21,959 nucleotides of DNA. Origin: a virus. Taxonomy: Duplodnaviria; Heunggongvirae; Uroviricota; Caudoviricetes. A program made the translations under genes and the position numbers. Within the stretch, counting starts at the first letter, position 1; the number at the start of each line of letters is the position of its first letter. The stretch is from positions 1 to 21,959 of the IMG/VR virus record IMGVR_UViG_3300045988_117647; one strand, 5' to 3'. The notes below the pieces were generated by a model. It saw nothing but the letters and a program-made list of their open reading frames with translations. It had not been told where the DNA came from and searched no databases. Positions 1 to 9,226 of the stretch are shown piece by piece.

Positions 1-54
1 GTCATCGGGCATTATCTGAACATAAAACACTATCAATAAGTTGGAGTCATTACC
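1..54 (+). mobile_element. 3' terminal 54 bp of an IS1 element: end of insB (stop TAA at 36-38) plus right inverted repeat (about 32-54, reverse complement GGTAATGACTCCAACTTATTGAT); the rest of the element lies upstream of the window
   Basis: Sequence 1-54 (GTCATCGGGCATTATCTGAACATAAAACACTATCAATAAGTTGGAGTCATTACC) matches the IS1 terminus as I remember it, including the characteristic terminal GGTAATGACTCCAAC read on the complementary strand. Recalled, not searched. Confidence 0.8.
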
Positions 55-198
55 TACAACGGGAAAAAATTTACGTATCCGGTCGCTGATGAGTGGAGTT
101 GGTTTTATTGTTATTCAGAGCAATAAACATCTGATTTAATTTGTTGCATAATAGTAAAATTGCTGTTTATCTACATGTGGTAACTATTGATAATTATG

Positions 199-226
199 TT
201 GCTAATAATGTGTGCAAATTTATACT
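199..226 (+). promoter_or_regulatory. Possible sigma70-like promoter for the island-1 ORF (-35 TTGCTA 199-204, 16-nt spacer, -10 TATACT 221-226)
   Basis: Hexamers read directly; the implied leader to the ATG at 243 is very short and would overlap the AAGGTG RBS, so the call is weak. Read-through from IS1 is an alternative. Confidence 0.2.
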
Positions 227-242
227 GAAAAAGGTGAAAACG

Positions 243-2075
243 ATGAATGATATCTTTGTTCTTACAAGGGAAGAGCTTGAAACACTAGATTATAGTGTTT
301 TTATGCATATACCAGTTACATTTCATGCACATAAAATAAAAAAATATCTGGATGGGATTGCTGAATCATCAGAAAACCCCAAAGAGAAAAAATTAGCATC
401 TCTTTTTGGTATGCTATATAGTTTCAATTTGCAAGTTGTTAACAACACTCCATCATTTGAACCCCAAATGATTTGGGGTAATAAAAGATCAATATTGCCT
501 GAAGATTTTGATGAGCAGGTGAATGATTGTCTTTTATATGTTTCTCAAAAAATAACCAATCCATTTTTGTTATCAAGAATATATGATGTTGTTTGGTGTA
601 ATAATCGGAAAAATAAAGACGTGGCAATTAAAGCAATTGATTCCTATGCTGAAATGCTAAATATAGCAATTGAAAGACTAATAATAAAAAACGAAAGCAT
701 GGATGAAAGTGATTTAAATTGCTTTATTTTTGCTCGTGATTATATTGCTAGGGCTTTGCACATTAATAAAATGGTCTACCCTAGAAAATCAGAAGGAAAC
801 ATGGCGATTAAAAATGCCATTCATTCTCTTTATAGTATTCAAAATGAAAGATTAATCTTTGAAGGTTTCAATAATTTGACTTGGTTTATGGTGCGTGATT
901 TTGATGGGGATAATCTGCAGTATGCGGAAAATGCTGAGAAGATGGCTGAGCAGCATAAAGATAAAAAATATTATGATGCTGTAAAATCACTTTATATGAC
1001 AAGTGCAGTTATTTATGAAAAAAATGGTGAGTCTGAACGTGCCAAGAGATGTAAACTGGCATCTGCAAATATTACTATTAAAGTTGCAACAGATCGACCT
1101 GATAATATGGGTAAGATCTCTTGGTTAAGAACAGCTATCTCTGAATTAAGACAGTACGGTGGTGATAGCCAACAGATAGAAGATTTAAAGGAACAACTTG
1201 CTAATTTGAGAGAAGAAGTAAGGAGTGAATATGTCACTTTAAGCCATTCTATTGATATTAGTGACTTGGTTGCTGAAAGTGAAAAAAAACTGACGGGGCG
1301 TTCTTTGCCCGATATATTCAAAGTTTTAATGCGTGAAACACCGATTGAAAATATTGAAAGCATGAGGGAGCAAGTTTTAAGATTATCAGAAAAAAGTTTA
1401 TTCTCTAGTTTTGTTGGAACAGAAATTAATGATGAGAGTGGGCGTAAGGTATATACAATCCCGCCGTTGGATAATAAAAAAGATATGAGTGATGATGTTG
1501 TTATTGATCAATATCTAAGAAATTTCGAGATTACTCATAAGATTTTTGTAAACGGTGTCTTTGAACCTGCTCGCTATGTACTTTCTCAAGAACATGGCTT
1601 GACGTTGTCAACATTCGTTAAATTAGTTACAACTAGTCCAATTGTCAAGCCGGAGTTTAGGGAGATTTTTAATTTGGGCTTTTACAAATTATGGCAGGGA
1701 GATTACATCAGTGCAGCTTATCTTTTAATACCACAAATGGAAGGTATGGTTCGTTATTATTATGAGCTTAGTGGAAAGGATGCTACTAGATATTTGGATA
1801 AGGGATTAGAGGAGTCAACAAGTATTTCTCAGCTTCTAGATAAATGCAGAGATGATTTGGAAAGTATCTTTTCTAAGAATCTTGTTTTAACTATCGATGT
1901 TCTTTTTAATAGAAAGAGTGGGGCAACCTTAAGACATAAATTAGCACATGGTAATTTATATACTAATGCTTGTTACGATGAAACAACGACATATGCATGC
2001 ATCCTGATTTTCTTTCTGTGTGCTTATCCTCTCCTACCATATTTTGATACTGTATTTGAACAGGGCTCTGTTTGA
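243..2075 (+). CDS. Hypothetical 611-aa AT-rich cargo protein; candidate anti-phage or abortive-infection protein with C-terminal R-x4-H-G (HEPN-like) motif RHKLAHG at nt 1932-1952
   Basis: Long uninterrupted ORF (track 141-2075) in visibly AT-rich DNA. I take the ATG at 243 (MNDIFVL...), preceded by AAGGTG at 231-236, as the start. No Walker A/B or TOPRIM motif seen, so it is not an Old-type ATPase. Position is the old/tin locus of P2. Confidence 0.8.
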   Translation: MNDIFVLTREELETLDYSVFMHIPVTFHAHKIKKYLDGIAESSENPKEKKLASLFGMLYSFNLQVVNNTPSFEPQMIWGNKRSILPEDFDEQVNDCLLYVSQKITNPFLLSRIYDVVWCNNRKNKDVAIKAIDSYAEMLNIAIERLIIKNESMDESDLNCFIFARDYIARALHINKMVYPRKSEGNMAIKNAIHSLYSIQNERLIFEGFNNLTWFMVRDFDGDNLQYAENAEKMAEQHKDKKYYDAVKSLYMTSAVIYEKNGESERAKRCKLASANITIKVATDRPDNMGKISWLRTAISELRQYGGDSQQIEDLKEQLANLREEVRSEYVTLSHSIDISDLVAESEKKLTGRSLPDIFKVLMRETPIENIESMREQVLRLSEKSLFSSFVGTEINDESGRKVYTIPPLDNKKDMSDDVVIDQYLRNFEITHKIFVNGVFEPARYVLSQEHGLTLSTFVKLVTTSPIVKPEFREIFNLGFYKLWQGDYISAAYLLIPQMEGMVRYYYELSGKDATRYLDKGLEESTSISQLLDKCRDDLESIFSKNLVLTIDVLFNRKSGATLRHKLAHGNLYTNACYDETTTYACILIFFLCAYPLLPYFDTVFEQGSV

Positions 2076-2226
2076 TAACGTATACGTTGAGGCATAAAAC
2101 CTATGCATACTTAGCTGCATCAATTTGCACGAGGTATTTCAGTATGCATTTTCTGCGTAATAGTAGGGATTGCTTGGTTTGGTAGTTGTAATTCAACTGC
2201 ATTCAAACCGACCCATGAAGCGGGCG

Positions 2227-2245
2227 GGCGAGGCGGGGAAAGCAC
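2227..2245. other. cos: P2-type cohesive end site (cos), 19 nt GGCGAGGCGGGGAAAGCAC
   Basis: Exact match to the P2 19-nt cohesive-end sequence as I recall it; located immediately beyond the 3' end of portal gene Q, as at the P2 genome left end. Confidence 0.7.
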
Positions 2246-2388
2246 TGCGCGCTGGCGGTGGTGCTGATTTTATTTTTTCAGCGTCTGAGCGCGTCGTGAT
2301 GACGTTTAGTCGGCCTGCCGGGGCGTTGGTGTGTCTGCGGGGGTGTTTTGTACAGTGGCGAACGTGTGAGGGCGTGATGACGGGGTGT

Positions 2389-2410
2389 AAAAAAGCCGCC
2401 CGCAGGCGGC
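2389..2410 (-). terminator. Rho-independent terminator after the Q-P leftward operon
   Basis: On the minus strand a GC-rich hairpin GCCGCC-n4-GGCGGC is followed by TTTTTT, starting 6 nt after the Q stop codon. Confidence 0.6.
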
Positions 2411-2415
2411 GATGT

Positions 2416-3450
2416 TCAGCCGTTGTCTGTGTCCAGTGAGTAGTTTTTAAAGCGGATGACCTCCTGACCGAGCCAGCCGTTTATTTCCCGAATCCTGTCC
2501 TGTAGCGGGATAAGCTCATTGCGGACAAAGACCTTTGCCACTTTCTCAATATCACCCAACGACCCGACGTTCTCCGGCTTGCCGCCCATCAACTGAAAGG
2601 GGATGCGGTGCGCGTCCAGCAGGTCAGCGGCGCTGGCTTTTTTGATATTAAAAAAATCGTCCTTCGTCGCCACTTCACTGAGGGGGATAATTTTAATGCC
2701 GTCGGCTTTCCCCTGCGGGGCATAGAGAAACAGGTTTTTAAAGTTATTGCGGCCTTTCGACTTAACCATGTTTTCGCGAAGCATTTCGATATCGTTGCGA
2801 TCCTGCACGGCATCGGTGACGTACATGATGTATCCGGCATGTGCGCCGTTTTCGTAATACTTGCGGCGAAACAGCGTGGCCGACTCATTCAGCCAGGCAG
2901 AATTAAGGGCGCTGAGATATTCCGGCAGGCCGTACAGCTCCTGATTAATATCCGGCTCCAGCAGGTGAAACACGGAGCCGGGCGTGAAGGCTGTCGGCTC
3001 GTTGAAGGACGGCACCCACCAGTAAACATCCTCTTCCACACCACGGCGGGTATATTTTGCCGGTGAGGTTTCCAGTCTGATGACCTTACCGGTGGTGCTG
3101 TATCGCTTTTCCAGAAACGCATTACCGAACACCAGAAAATCCAGCACAAAGCGGCTGAAATCCTGTTGCGAAAGCCACGGGTGCGGGATAAACGTTGAAG
3201 CCAGAATATTGCGTTTGACGTAAATCGGTGAGCTGTGATGCACGGCAGCACGCAGGCTTTTTGCCAGACCGGTAAAGCTGACCGGTGGCTCATACCATCT
3301 GCCGTTACTGATACACTCGACGTAATCCAGAATGTCACGGCGGTCGAGTACCGGCACCGGCTCACCAAAGGTGAATGCCTCCATTTTCGGGGCGCTGGCG
3401 GTCATTGTTTTTGCCGCAGGTTGCGGTGTTTTCCCTTTTTTCTTGCTCAT
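2416..3450 (-). CDS. Q: Portal protein (P2 gpQ-like), 344 aa
   Basis: ORF length and N-terminus MSKKKGKTPQP match P2 Q; synteny with P; start ATG overlaps P stop (ATGA). Confidence 0.9.
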   Translation of the reverse strand: MSKKKGKTPQPAAKTMTASAPKMEAFTFGEPVPVLDRRDILDYVECISNGRWYEPPVSFTGLAKSLRAAVHHSSPIYVKRNILASTFIPHPWLSQQDFSRFVLDFLVFGNAFLEKRYSTTGKVIRLETSPAKYTRRGVEEDVYWWVPSFNEPTAFTPGSVFHLLEPDINQELYGLPEYLSALNSAWLNESATLFRRKYYENGAHAGYIMYVTDAVQDRNDIEMLRENMVKSKGRNNFKNLFLYAPQGKADGIKIIPLSEVATKDDFFNIKKASAADLLDAHRIPFQLMGGKPENVGSLGDIEKVAKVFVRNELIPLQDRIREINGWLGQEVIRFKNYSLDTDNG

Positions 3451-5222
3451 CAGTAAAACTCCAGAATGGTGGATGTCAGCGGGGTGCTGATACCGGCGGT
3501 GAGTGGCTCATTTAACAGGGCGTGCATGGTCGCCCAGGCGAGGTCGGCGTGGCTGGCTTCCTCGCTGCGGCTGGCCTCATAGGTGGCGCTGCGTCCGCTG
3601 CTGGTCATGGTCTTGCGGATAGCCATAAACGAGCTGGTGATGTCGGTGGCGCTGACGTCGTATTCCAGACAGCCACGGCGGATAACGTCTTTTGCCTTGA
3701 GCACCATTGCGGTTTTCATTTCCGGCGTGTAGCGGATATCACGCGCGGCGGGATAGAACGAGCGCACGAGCTGGAACACGCCGACACCGAGGCCGGTGGC
3801 ATCAATTCCGATGTATTCGACGTTGTATTTTCCGGTGAGTTTGCGGATGGATTCAGCCTGGGTGGCAAAGTCCATGCCTTTCCACTGGTGACGCTCAAGT
3901 ATTCTGAATTTGCCACCGGCCACCACCGGCGGTGCCAGTACCACGCATCCGGCGCTGTCGCCACGGTGTGACGGGTCGTAACCAATCCATACCGGGCGGG
4001 AGCCGAACGGATTTGCGGCAAACGGCGCATAGTCTTCCCATTCTTCCAGCGTGTCGACCATGCAGCGTTGCAGCTCCTCGAACGGGAACACCGACGCCTT
4101 GTCGTCAACAAATTCACACATGAACAGGTTTTTAAAATCGTCGGCGCTGTTTTCGCGTTTAAGCTGCTCAATGTCGAACAATGTGCAGCCGCCTTTCAGG
4201 GCGTCCTCAATGGTGACAATCTGCCGCCACTGGCCGTCCGCACAGAGAAGCCCACCGGCAAGGGCGTTATGACTGACGTCGATTTCCACGCGTTCGGCGG
4301 CGCTGGCGCGTCCCCGGTTGAACAGTTCACCCGACCAGAACGGGTAGGCGTCGTGCGCCAGCGTGGACGGGGTGGAGAAATAGGTCGATCGCAGGTGACT
4401 CTGTGAGGCCATACCTGATGCCACCTTACGCAGCACCTGAAAATTCGGGATCCAGAAAATCTCGTCGACGTACAGGTCGCCGTTATGGCTCTGCGCGGTG
4501 TTGGAGTTGGTGCCGAGAAAAATCAGTTTTGCGCCGCTATTGCCCAGGACAATCGGGTCACCGGTCAGGTCAACGTCAACCAGCCGGGCAAAGGCGATGA
4601 TGTATTCGCGGAACACATACGCCTGCGTTTTACTGGCCGACAGAAAAATCTGGTTATGACCGGTTTTCAGGGCGCGCAGCAGCGCCTCGCGGGAAAAATA
4701 AAACGTCGCGCCAATCTGGCGGGATTTCAGGATATCGCGGATGCGGTGCTCAAGCCCGGCGCGATACCAGTGCAACTGATAATCGAAAGACTGCTCAAAG
4801 AAAATCTGCTCCAGCTTTTCGATGGCCTCGTCACTGAAAAAATTCTTTTTCGGTTTGCGCCGCCCGCCTTTGTTGCGGTTAGCGACGTTCGGATTAAGGT
4901 CTGCCTCGTTGCCGGTCTGGCTGTAGCGGTTGACCCGTGCCAGTCGTTCAATCTGGCGTCCCAGCAGGTCAATTTCCTTGAAGTCACCGCCGGTTTTCTG
5001 CGGTTTGATGATGAGCTGGGTCAGCCGCGCTTCCAGACTCATTTCGACACGGCTGATGGGGGCAACGCTGTCCCAGCCGTCGCGCTGTTTCCAGCTCTGC
5101 ACCGTCGGGCGTTTCATCTGCAACATGGCGGCAATCTGCGGCACGGAAACCCCCTGCCAGTACAGCAGCGCCGCCTGACGACGCGGGTCGTGTAAAAGAG
5201 TGGTGTCTGTGGTGATGGTCAT
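3450..5222 (-). CDS. P: Terminase large subunit (P2 gpP-like), 590 aa
   Basis: ORF track 3450-5252; start taken at the ATG at 5222 (MTITTDTTLLHD...) which has a GAGGT RBS and gives the P2 P length; upstream extension has no RBS. Confidence 0.9.
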   Translation of the reverse strand: MTITTDTTLLHDPRRQAALLYWQGVSVPQIAAMLQMKRPTVQSWKQRDGWDSVAPISRVEMSLEARLTQLIIKPQKTGGDFKEIDLLGRQIERLARVNRYSQTGNEADLNPNVANRNKGGRRKPKKNFFSDEAIEKLEQIFFEQSFDYQLHWYRAGLEHRIRDILKSRQIGATFYFSREALLRALKTGHNQIFLSASKTQAYVFREYIIAFARLVDVDLTGDPIVLGNSGAKLIFLGTNSNTAQSHNGDLYVDEIFWIPNFQVLRKVASGMASQSHLRSTYFSTPSTLAHDAYPFWSGELFNRGRASAAERVEIDVSHNALAGGLLCADGQWRQIVTIEDALKGGCTLFDIEQLKRENSADDFKNLFMCEFVDDKASVFPFEELQRCMVDTLEEWEDYAPFAANPFGSRPVWIGYDPSHRGDSAGCVVLAPPVVAGGKFRILERHQWKGMDFATQAESIRKLTGKYNVEYIGIDATGLGVGVFQLVRSFYPAARDIRYTPEMKTAMVLKAKDVIRRGCLEYDVSATDITSSFMAIRKTMTSSGRSATYEASRSEEASHADLAWATMHALLNEPLTAGISTPLTSTILEFY

Positions 5223-5395
5223 GAATACCTCGCCGTGATGAATACACGGCAAGGCTACTGAGTCGCGCCCCGCGATTCGCTAAGGTGCTGTTGTGTCAGT
5301 GATAAGCCATCCGGGACTGATGGCGGAGGATGCGTATCGTCGGGAAACTGATGCCGACATGTGACTCCTCTAATCACTATTCAGGACTCCTGACA
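5223..5395. promoter_or_regulatory. Divergent intergenic region between P and O, expected site of the Ogr-dependent late promoters for both operons
   Basis: Position by synteny with P2. I could not find an exact TGT-N12-ACA element by eye, so only the region is called. Confidence 0.35.
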
Positions 5396-6250
5396 ATGGC
5401 AAAAAAAGTCTCAAAATTCTTTCGTATCGGCGTTGAGGGTGACACCTGTGACGGGCGTGTCATCAGTGCGCAGGATATTCAGGAAATGGCCGAAACCTTT
5501 GACCCGCGAGTCTATGGTTGCCGCATTAACCTGGAACATCTGCGCGGCATCCTGCCTGACGGTATTTTTAAGCGTTATGGCGATGTGGTCGAACTGAAGG
5601 CCGAAAAGATTGACGATGATTCGGCGCTGAAAGGCAAATGGGCGCTGTTTGCGAAAATCACCCCGACCGATGACCTTATCGCGATGAACAAGGCCGCGCA
5701 GAAGGTCTATACCTCAATGGAAATTCAGCCGAACTTTGCCAACACCGGCAAATGTTATCTGGTGGGGCTGGCCGTCACCGATGACCCGGCAAGCCTCGGC
5801 ACGGAATACCTGGAATTCTGCCGCACGGCAAAACACAACCCCCTGAACCGCTTCAAATTAAGCCCTGAAAACCTGATTTCAGTGGCAACGCCCGTTGAGC
5901 TGGAATTTGAAGACCTGCCTGAAACCGTGTTCACCGCCCTGACCGAAAAGGTGAAATCCATTTTTGGCCGCAAACAGGCCAGCGATGACGCCCGTCTGAA
6001 TGACGTGCATGAAGCGGTGACCGCTGTCGCTGAGCATGTGCAGGAAAAACTGAGCGCCACTGAGCAGCGCCTTGCTGAGATGGAAACCGCCTTTTCCGCA
6101 CTTAAGCAGGATGTGACTGACAGGGCGGATGAAACCAGTCAGGCATTCACCCGCCTGAAAAACAGTCTCGACCACACCGAAAGTCTGACCCAGCAGCGCC
6201 GCAGCAAAGCCACCGGCGGTGGCGGTGACGCCCTGATGACGAACTGCTGA
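5396..6250 (+). CDS. O: Capsid scaffolding protein (P2 gpO-like), 284 aa
   Basis: ORF track 5330-6250; start at ATG 5396 (MAKKVSKFF) with AGGA RBS; length and order match P2 O. Confidence 0.85.
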   Translation: MAKKVSKFFRIGVEGDTCDGRVISAQDIQEMAETFDPRVYGCRINLEHLRGILPDGIFKRYGDVVELKAEKIDDDSALKGKWALFAKITPTDDLIAMNKAAQKVYTSMEIQPNFANTGKCYLVGLAVTDDPASLGTEYLEFCRTAKHNPLNRFKLSPENLISVATPVELEFEDLPETVFTALTEKVKSIFGRKQASDDARLNDVHEAVTAVAEHVQEKLSATEQRLAEMETAFSALKQDVTDRADETSQAFTRLKNSLDHTESLTQQRRSKATGGGGDALMTNC

Positions 6251-6308
6251 CCGGCGTCAGTCAGTCCGGGAAAACCTTCACGATTAACCCTTAATTTCAG
6301 GAAAAACT

Positions 6309-7382
6309 ATGCGCCAGGAAACCCGCTTTAAATTTAATGCCTACCTGTCCCGTGTTGCCGAACTGAACGGCATCGACGCCGGTGATGTGTCGAAAAAATT
6401 CACCGTTGAACCGTCGGTCACCCAGACCCTGATGAACACCATGCAGGAGTCCTCTGACTTTCTGACCCGCATCAACATTGTGCCGGTCAGCGAAATGAAA
6501 GGGGAAAAAATTGGTATTGGTGTCACCGGCTCCATCGCCAGCACCACCGACACCGCCGGTGGCACCGAGCGTCAGCCGAAGGACTTCTCGAAGCTGGCGT
6601 CAAACAAGTACGAATGCGACCAGATTAACTTCGATTTTTATATCCGCTACAAAACGCTGGACCTGTGGGCGCGTTATCAGGATTTCCAGCTCCGTATCCG
6701 TAACGCCATTATCAAACGCCAGTCCCTTGATTTCATCATGGCCGGTTTTAACGGCGTGAAGCGTGCCGAAACCTCTGACCGCAGCAGCAATCCGATGCTG
6801 CAGGATGTGGCGGTCGGCTGGCTGCAGAAATACCGCAATGAAGCCCCGGCGCGCGTGATGAGCAAGGTCACTGACGAGGAAGGGCACACCACCTCTGAGG
6901 TCATCCGCGTGGGTAAGGGCGGTGATTATGCCAGCCTTGACGCACTGGTGATGGATGCGACCAACAACCTGATTGAGCCGTGGTATCAGGAAGACCCTGA
7001 CCTTGTGGTGATTGTGGGACGTCAGCTACTGGCGGACAAGTATTTTCCCATCGTCAACAAGGAGCAGGACAACAGCGAAATGCTGGCCGCTGACGTCATC
7101 ATCAGCCAGAAACGCATCGGCAACCTGCCAGCGGTACGCGTCCCGTACTTCCCGGCGGATGCGATGCTCATCACGAAGCTGGAAAACCTGTCCATCTACT
7201 ACATGGATGACAGCCATCGCCGCGTGATTGAGGAAAACCCGAAACTTGACCGCGTGGAGAACTACGAGTCAATGAACATTGATTACGTGGTGGAGGACTA
7301 CGCCGCCGGTTGTCTGGTGGAAAAAATTAAGGTCGGTGATTTCTCCACACCGGCTAAAGCGACCGCAGAGCCGGGAGCGTAA
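6309..7382 (+). CDS. N: Major capsid protein (P2 gpN-like), 357 aa
   Basis: ORF length and position match P2 N; N-terminus MRQETRFKFNAYL. Confidence 0.9.
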   Translation: MRQETRFKFNAYLSRVAELNGIDAGDVSKKFTVEPSVTQTLMNTMQESSDFLTRINIVPVSEMKGEKIGIGVTGSIASTTDTAGGTERQPKDFSKLASNKYECDQINFDFYIRYKTLDLWARYQDFQLRIRNAIIKRQSLDFIMAGFNGVKRAETSDRSSNPMLQDVAVGWLQKYRNEAPARVMSKVTDEEGHTTSEVIRVGKGGDYASLDALVMDATNNLIEPWYQEDPDLVVIVGRQLLADKYFPIVNKEQDNSEMLAADVIISQKRIGNLPAVRVPYFPADAMLITKLENLSIYYMDDSHRRVIEENPKLDRVENYESMNIDYVVEDYAAGCLVEKIKVGDFSTPAKATAEPGA

Positions 7383-7385
7383 CCG

Positions 7386-8129
7386 ATGACGAGTCCCGCA
7401 CAGCGCCACATGATGCGGGTCTCGGCAGCGATGACCGCGCAGCGGGAAGCCGCCCCGCTGCGACATGCAACTGTCTATGAGCAGATGCTGGTCAAGCTGG
7501 CCGCAGACCAGCGCACACTGAAAGCGATTTATTCAAAAGAGCTGAAGGCCGCGAAAAAACGCGAACTGCTGCCGTTCTGGTTGCCGTGGGTGAATGGCGT
7601 GCTGGAGCAGGGCAAAGGTGCACAGGATGACATTCTGATGACGGTCATGCTGTGGCGTCTGGATACCGGCGATATTGCCGGTGCGCTGGAGATTGCCCGT
7701 TATGCCCTGAAGTACGGTCTGACCATGCCGGGTAAACACCGCCGCCCCCCGCCGTACATGTTCACCGAGGAGGTGGCGCTCGCGGCCATGCGTGCTCACG
7801 CTGCCGGTGAGTCTGTGGATACCCGCCTGCTGACGGACACCCTTGAACTGACTGCCACGGCTGACATGCCTGATGAAGTGCGCGCAAAGCTGCACAAAAT
7901 CACCGGTCTGTTTCTGCGTGACGCTGGTGATGCCGCCGGTGCGCTGGCTCACCTGCAACGTGCGACACAGCTCGACTGTCAGGCAGGCGTCAAAAAAGAG
8001 ATTGAACGACTGGAGCGGGAGCTGAAACCGAAGCCGGAGCCGCAGCCAAAAGCGGCCACCCGTACCCCGCGTAAGACCCGGAGCGTGACACCGGCAAAAC
8101 GTGGACGCCCGAAAAAGAAAGCCAGTTAA
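7386..8129 (+). CDS. M: Terminase small subunit (P2 gpM-like), 247 aa
   Basis: Length and synteny; basic, Lys/Arg/Pro-rich C-terminus. Confidence 0.85.
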   Translation: MTSPAQRHMMRVSAAMTAQREAAPLRHATVYEQMLVKLAADQRTLKAIYSKELKAAKKRELLPFWLPWVNGVLEQGKGAQDDILMTVMLWRLDTGDIAGALEIARYALKYGLTMPGKHRRPPPYMFTEEVALAAMRAHAAGESVDTRLLTDTLELTATADMPDEVRAKLHKITGLFLRDAGDAAGALAHLQRATQLDCQAGVKKEIERLERELKPKPEPQPKAATRTPRKTRSVTPAKRGRPKKKAS

Positions 8130-8228
8130 CAACCGAATGCGCCCCGCGCCAGGGCGGCACGCCGGTCAGTGAGGGTGAATTACCTGACATTGCACCGGCG
8201 TCCACCGCCCGACTTTTCAGAGGTAGTC

Positions 8229-8738
8229 ATGATGACGCTGATTATTCCGCGAAAGGAGGCTCCCGTGTCCGGTGAGGGTACGGTGGTTATCCCGCAACCG
8301 GCAGGCGACGAGCCGGTGATTAAAAACACGTTCTTTTTTCCCGATATCGACCCGAAGCGCGTCCGGGAACGTATGCGCCTTGAGCAGACCGTCGCCCCCG
8401 CCCGTCTGCGTGAGGCCATCAAGTCAGGCATGGCGGAGACGAATGCGGAGCTGTACGAGTACCGCGAACAGAAAATTGCCGCCGGTTTTACGCGTCTGGC
8501 GGACGTCCCGGCGGACGACATCGACGGTGAAAGCATCAAAGTTTTTTACTACGAGCGCGCCGTGTGTGCGATGGCGACCGCGTCGCTTTATGAGCGTTAT
8601 CGCGGCGTGGATGCCAGTGCGAAAGGTGACAAGAAGGCTGACAGCATTGACAGCACCATTGATGAACTGTGGCGGGATATGCGCTGGGCGGTGGCGCGTA
8701 TCCAGGACAAGCCGCGCTGCATCGTGAGTCAAATCTGA
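8229..8738 (+). CDS. L: Head completion/stabilisation protein (P2 gpL-like), 169 aa
   Basis: ORF track 8169-8738; start at ATG 8229 (MMTLIIPRKE) with GAGGT RBS gives the P2 L length. Confidence 0.8.
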   Translation: MMTLIIPRKEAPVSGEGTVVIPQPAGDEPVIKNTFFFPDIDPKRVRERMRLEQTVAPARLREAIKSGMAETNAELYEYREQKIAAGFTRLADVPADDIDGESIKVFYYERAVCAMATASLYERYRGVDASAKGDKKADSIDSTIDELWRDMRWAVARIQDKPRCIVSQI

Positions 8739-8941
8739 TGAAGACCTTTGCGCTACAGGGCGACACGCTCGACGCCATTTGTGTCCGGTATTACGGGCGC
8801 ACTGAGGGCGTGGTTGAGACCGTGCTCGTCGCAAATCCGGGACTGGCTGAACTGGGTGCGGTGCTGCCACACGGCACCGCCGTCGAACTGCCCGACGTTC
8901 AGACCGCGCCCGTGGCTGAAACTGTCAATCTGTGGGAGTAA
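8738..8941 (+). CDS. X: Tail protein X (P2 gpX-like), 67 aa
   Basis: ATG at 8738 overlaps the L stop (TGATG); 67-aa product MKTFALQGDTLD... in the position of P2 X. Confidence 0.8.
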   Translation: MKTFALQGDTLDAICVRYYGRTEGVVETVLVANPGLAELGAVLPHGTAVELPDVQTAPVAETVNLWE

Positions 8942-8944
8942 CGC

Positions 8945-9226
8945 ATGACAGCAGAAGAAAAAAGCGTCCTGTCGCTTTTCATGATTGGGGTGCTGATTGT
9001 TGTCGGCAAGGTGCTTGCCGGTGGTGAACCCATCACCCCGCGTCTGTTTATCGGGCGCATGTTGCTCGGTGGTTTTGTCTCGATGGTTGCCGGTGTTGTT
9101 CTGGTGCAGTTTCCTGACCTGTCACTGCCTGCGGTGTGCGGCATCGGCTCCATGCTGGGTATCGCCGGTTATCAGGTGATTGAGATTGCCATTCAGCGCC
9201 GTTTTAAGGGCAGGGGGAAACCGTAA
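8945..9226 (+). CDS. Y: Holin (P2 gpY-like), 93 aa
   Basis: 93 aa with hydrophobic transmembrane segments and a basic C-terminus (RRFKGRGKP); first gene of the lysis cassette. Confidence 0.8.
   Translation: MTAEEKSVLSLFMIGVLIVVGKVLAGGEPITPRLFIGRMLLGGFVSMVAGVVLVQFPDLSLPAVCGIGSMLGIAGYQVIEIAIQRRFKGRGKP

Noticed and set aside
141-242. N-terminal 34-aa extension of the 644-aa track ORF
   Set aside because: No RBS in front of the first ATG; the ATG at 243 has an AAGGTG RBS. The extension may simply be open frame.
439-1363. Minus-strand ORFs 439-627 and 1013-1363 inside the island-1 gene
   Set aside because: Fully nested antisense to a long well-supported ORF, with no RBS or independent signal.
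2170-2439. Plus-strand 89-aa ORF spanning the cos region
   Set aside because: Overlaps cos and the Q terminator in GC-rich non-coding DNA; the product is Arg/Ala/Gly-rich, typical of a spurious GC-rich frame.
2589-5247. Many nested and antisense ORFs within Q and P (for example 2608-3066+, 2889-3368-, 3522-3971+, 3716-4171-, 4485-5195+)
   Set aside because: Expected open alternative frames in GC-rich coding DNA; all overlap the strongly supported Q and P genes.
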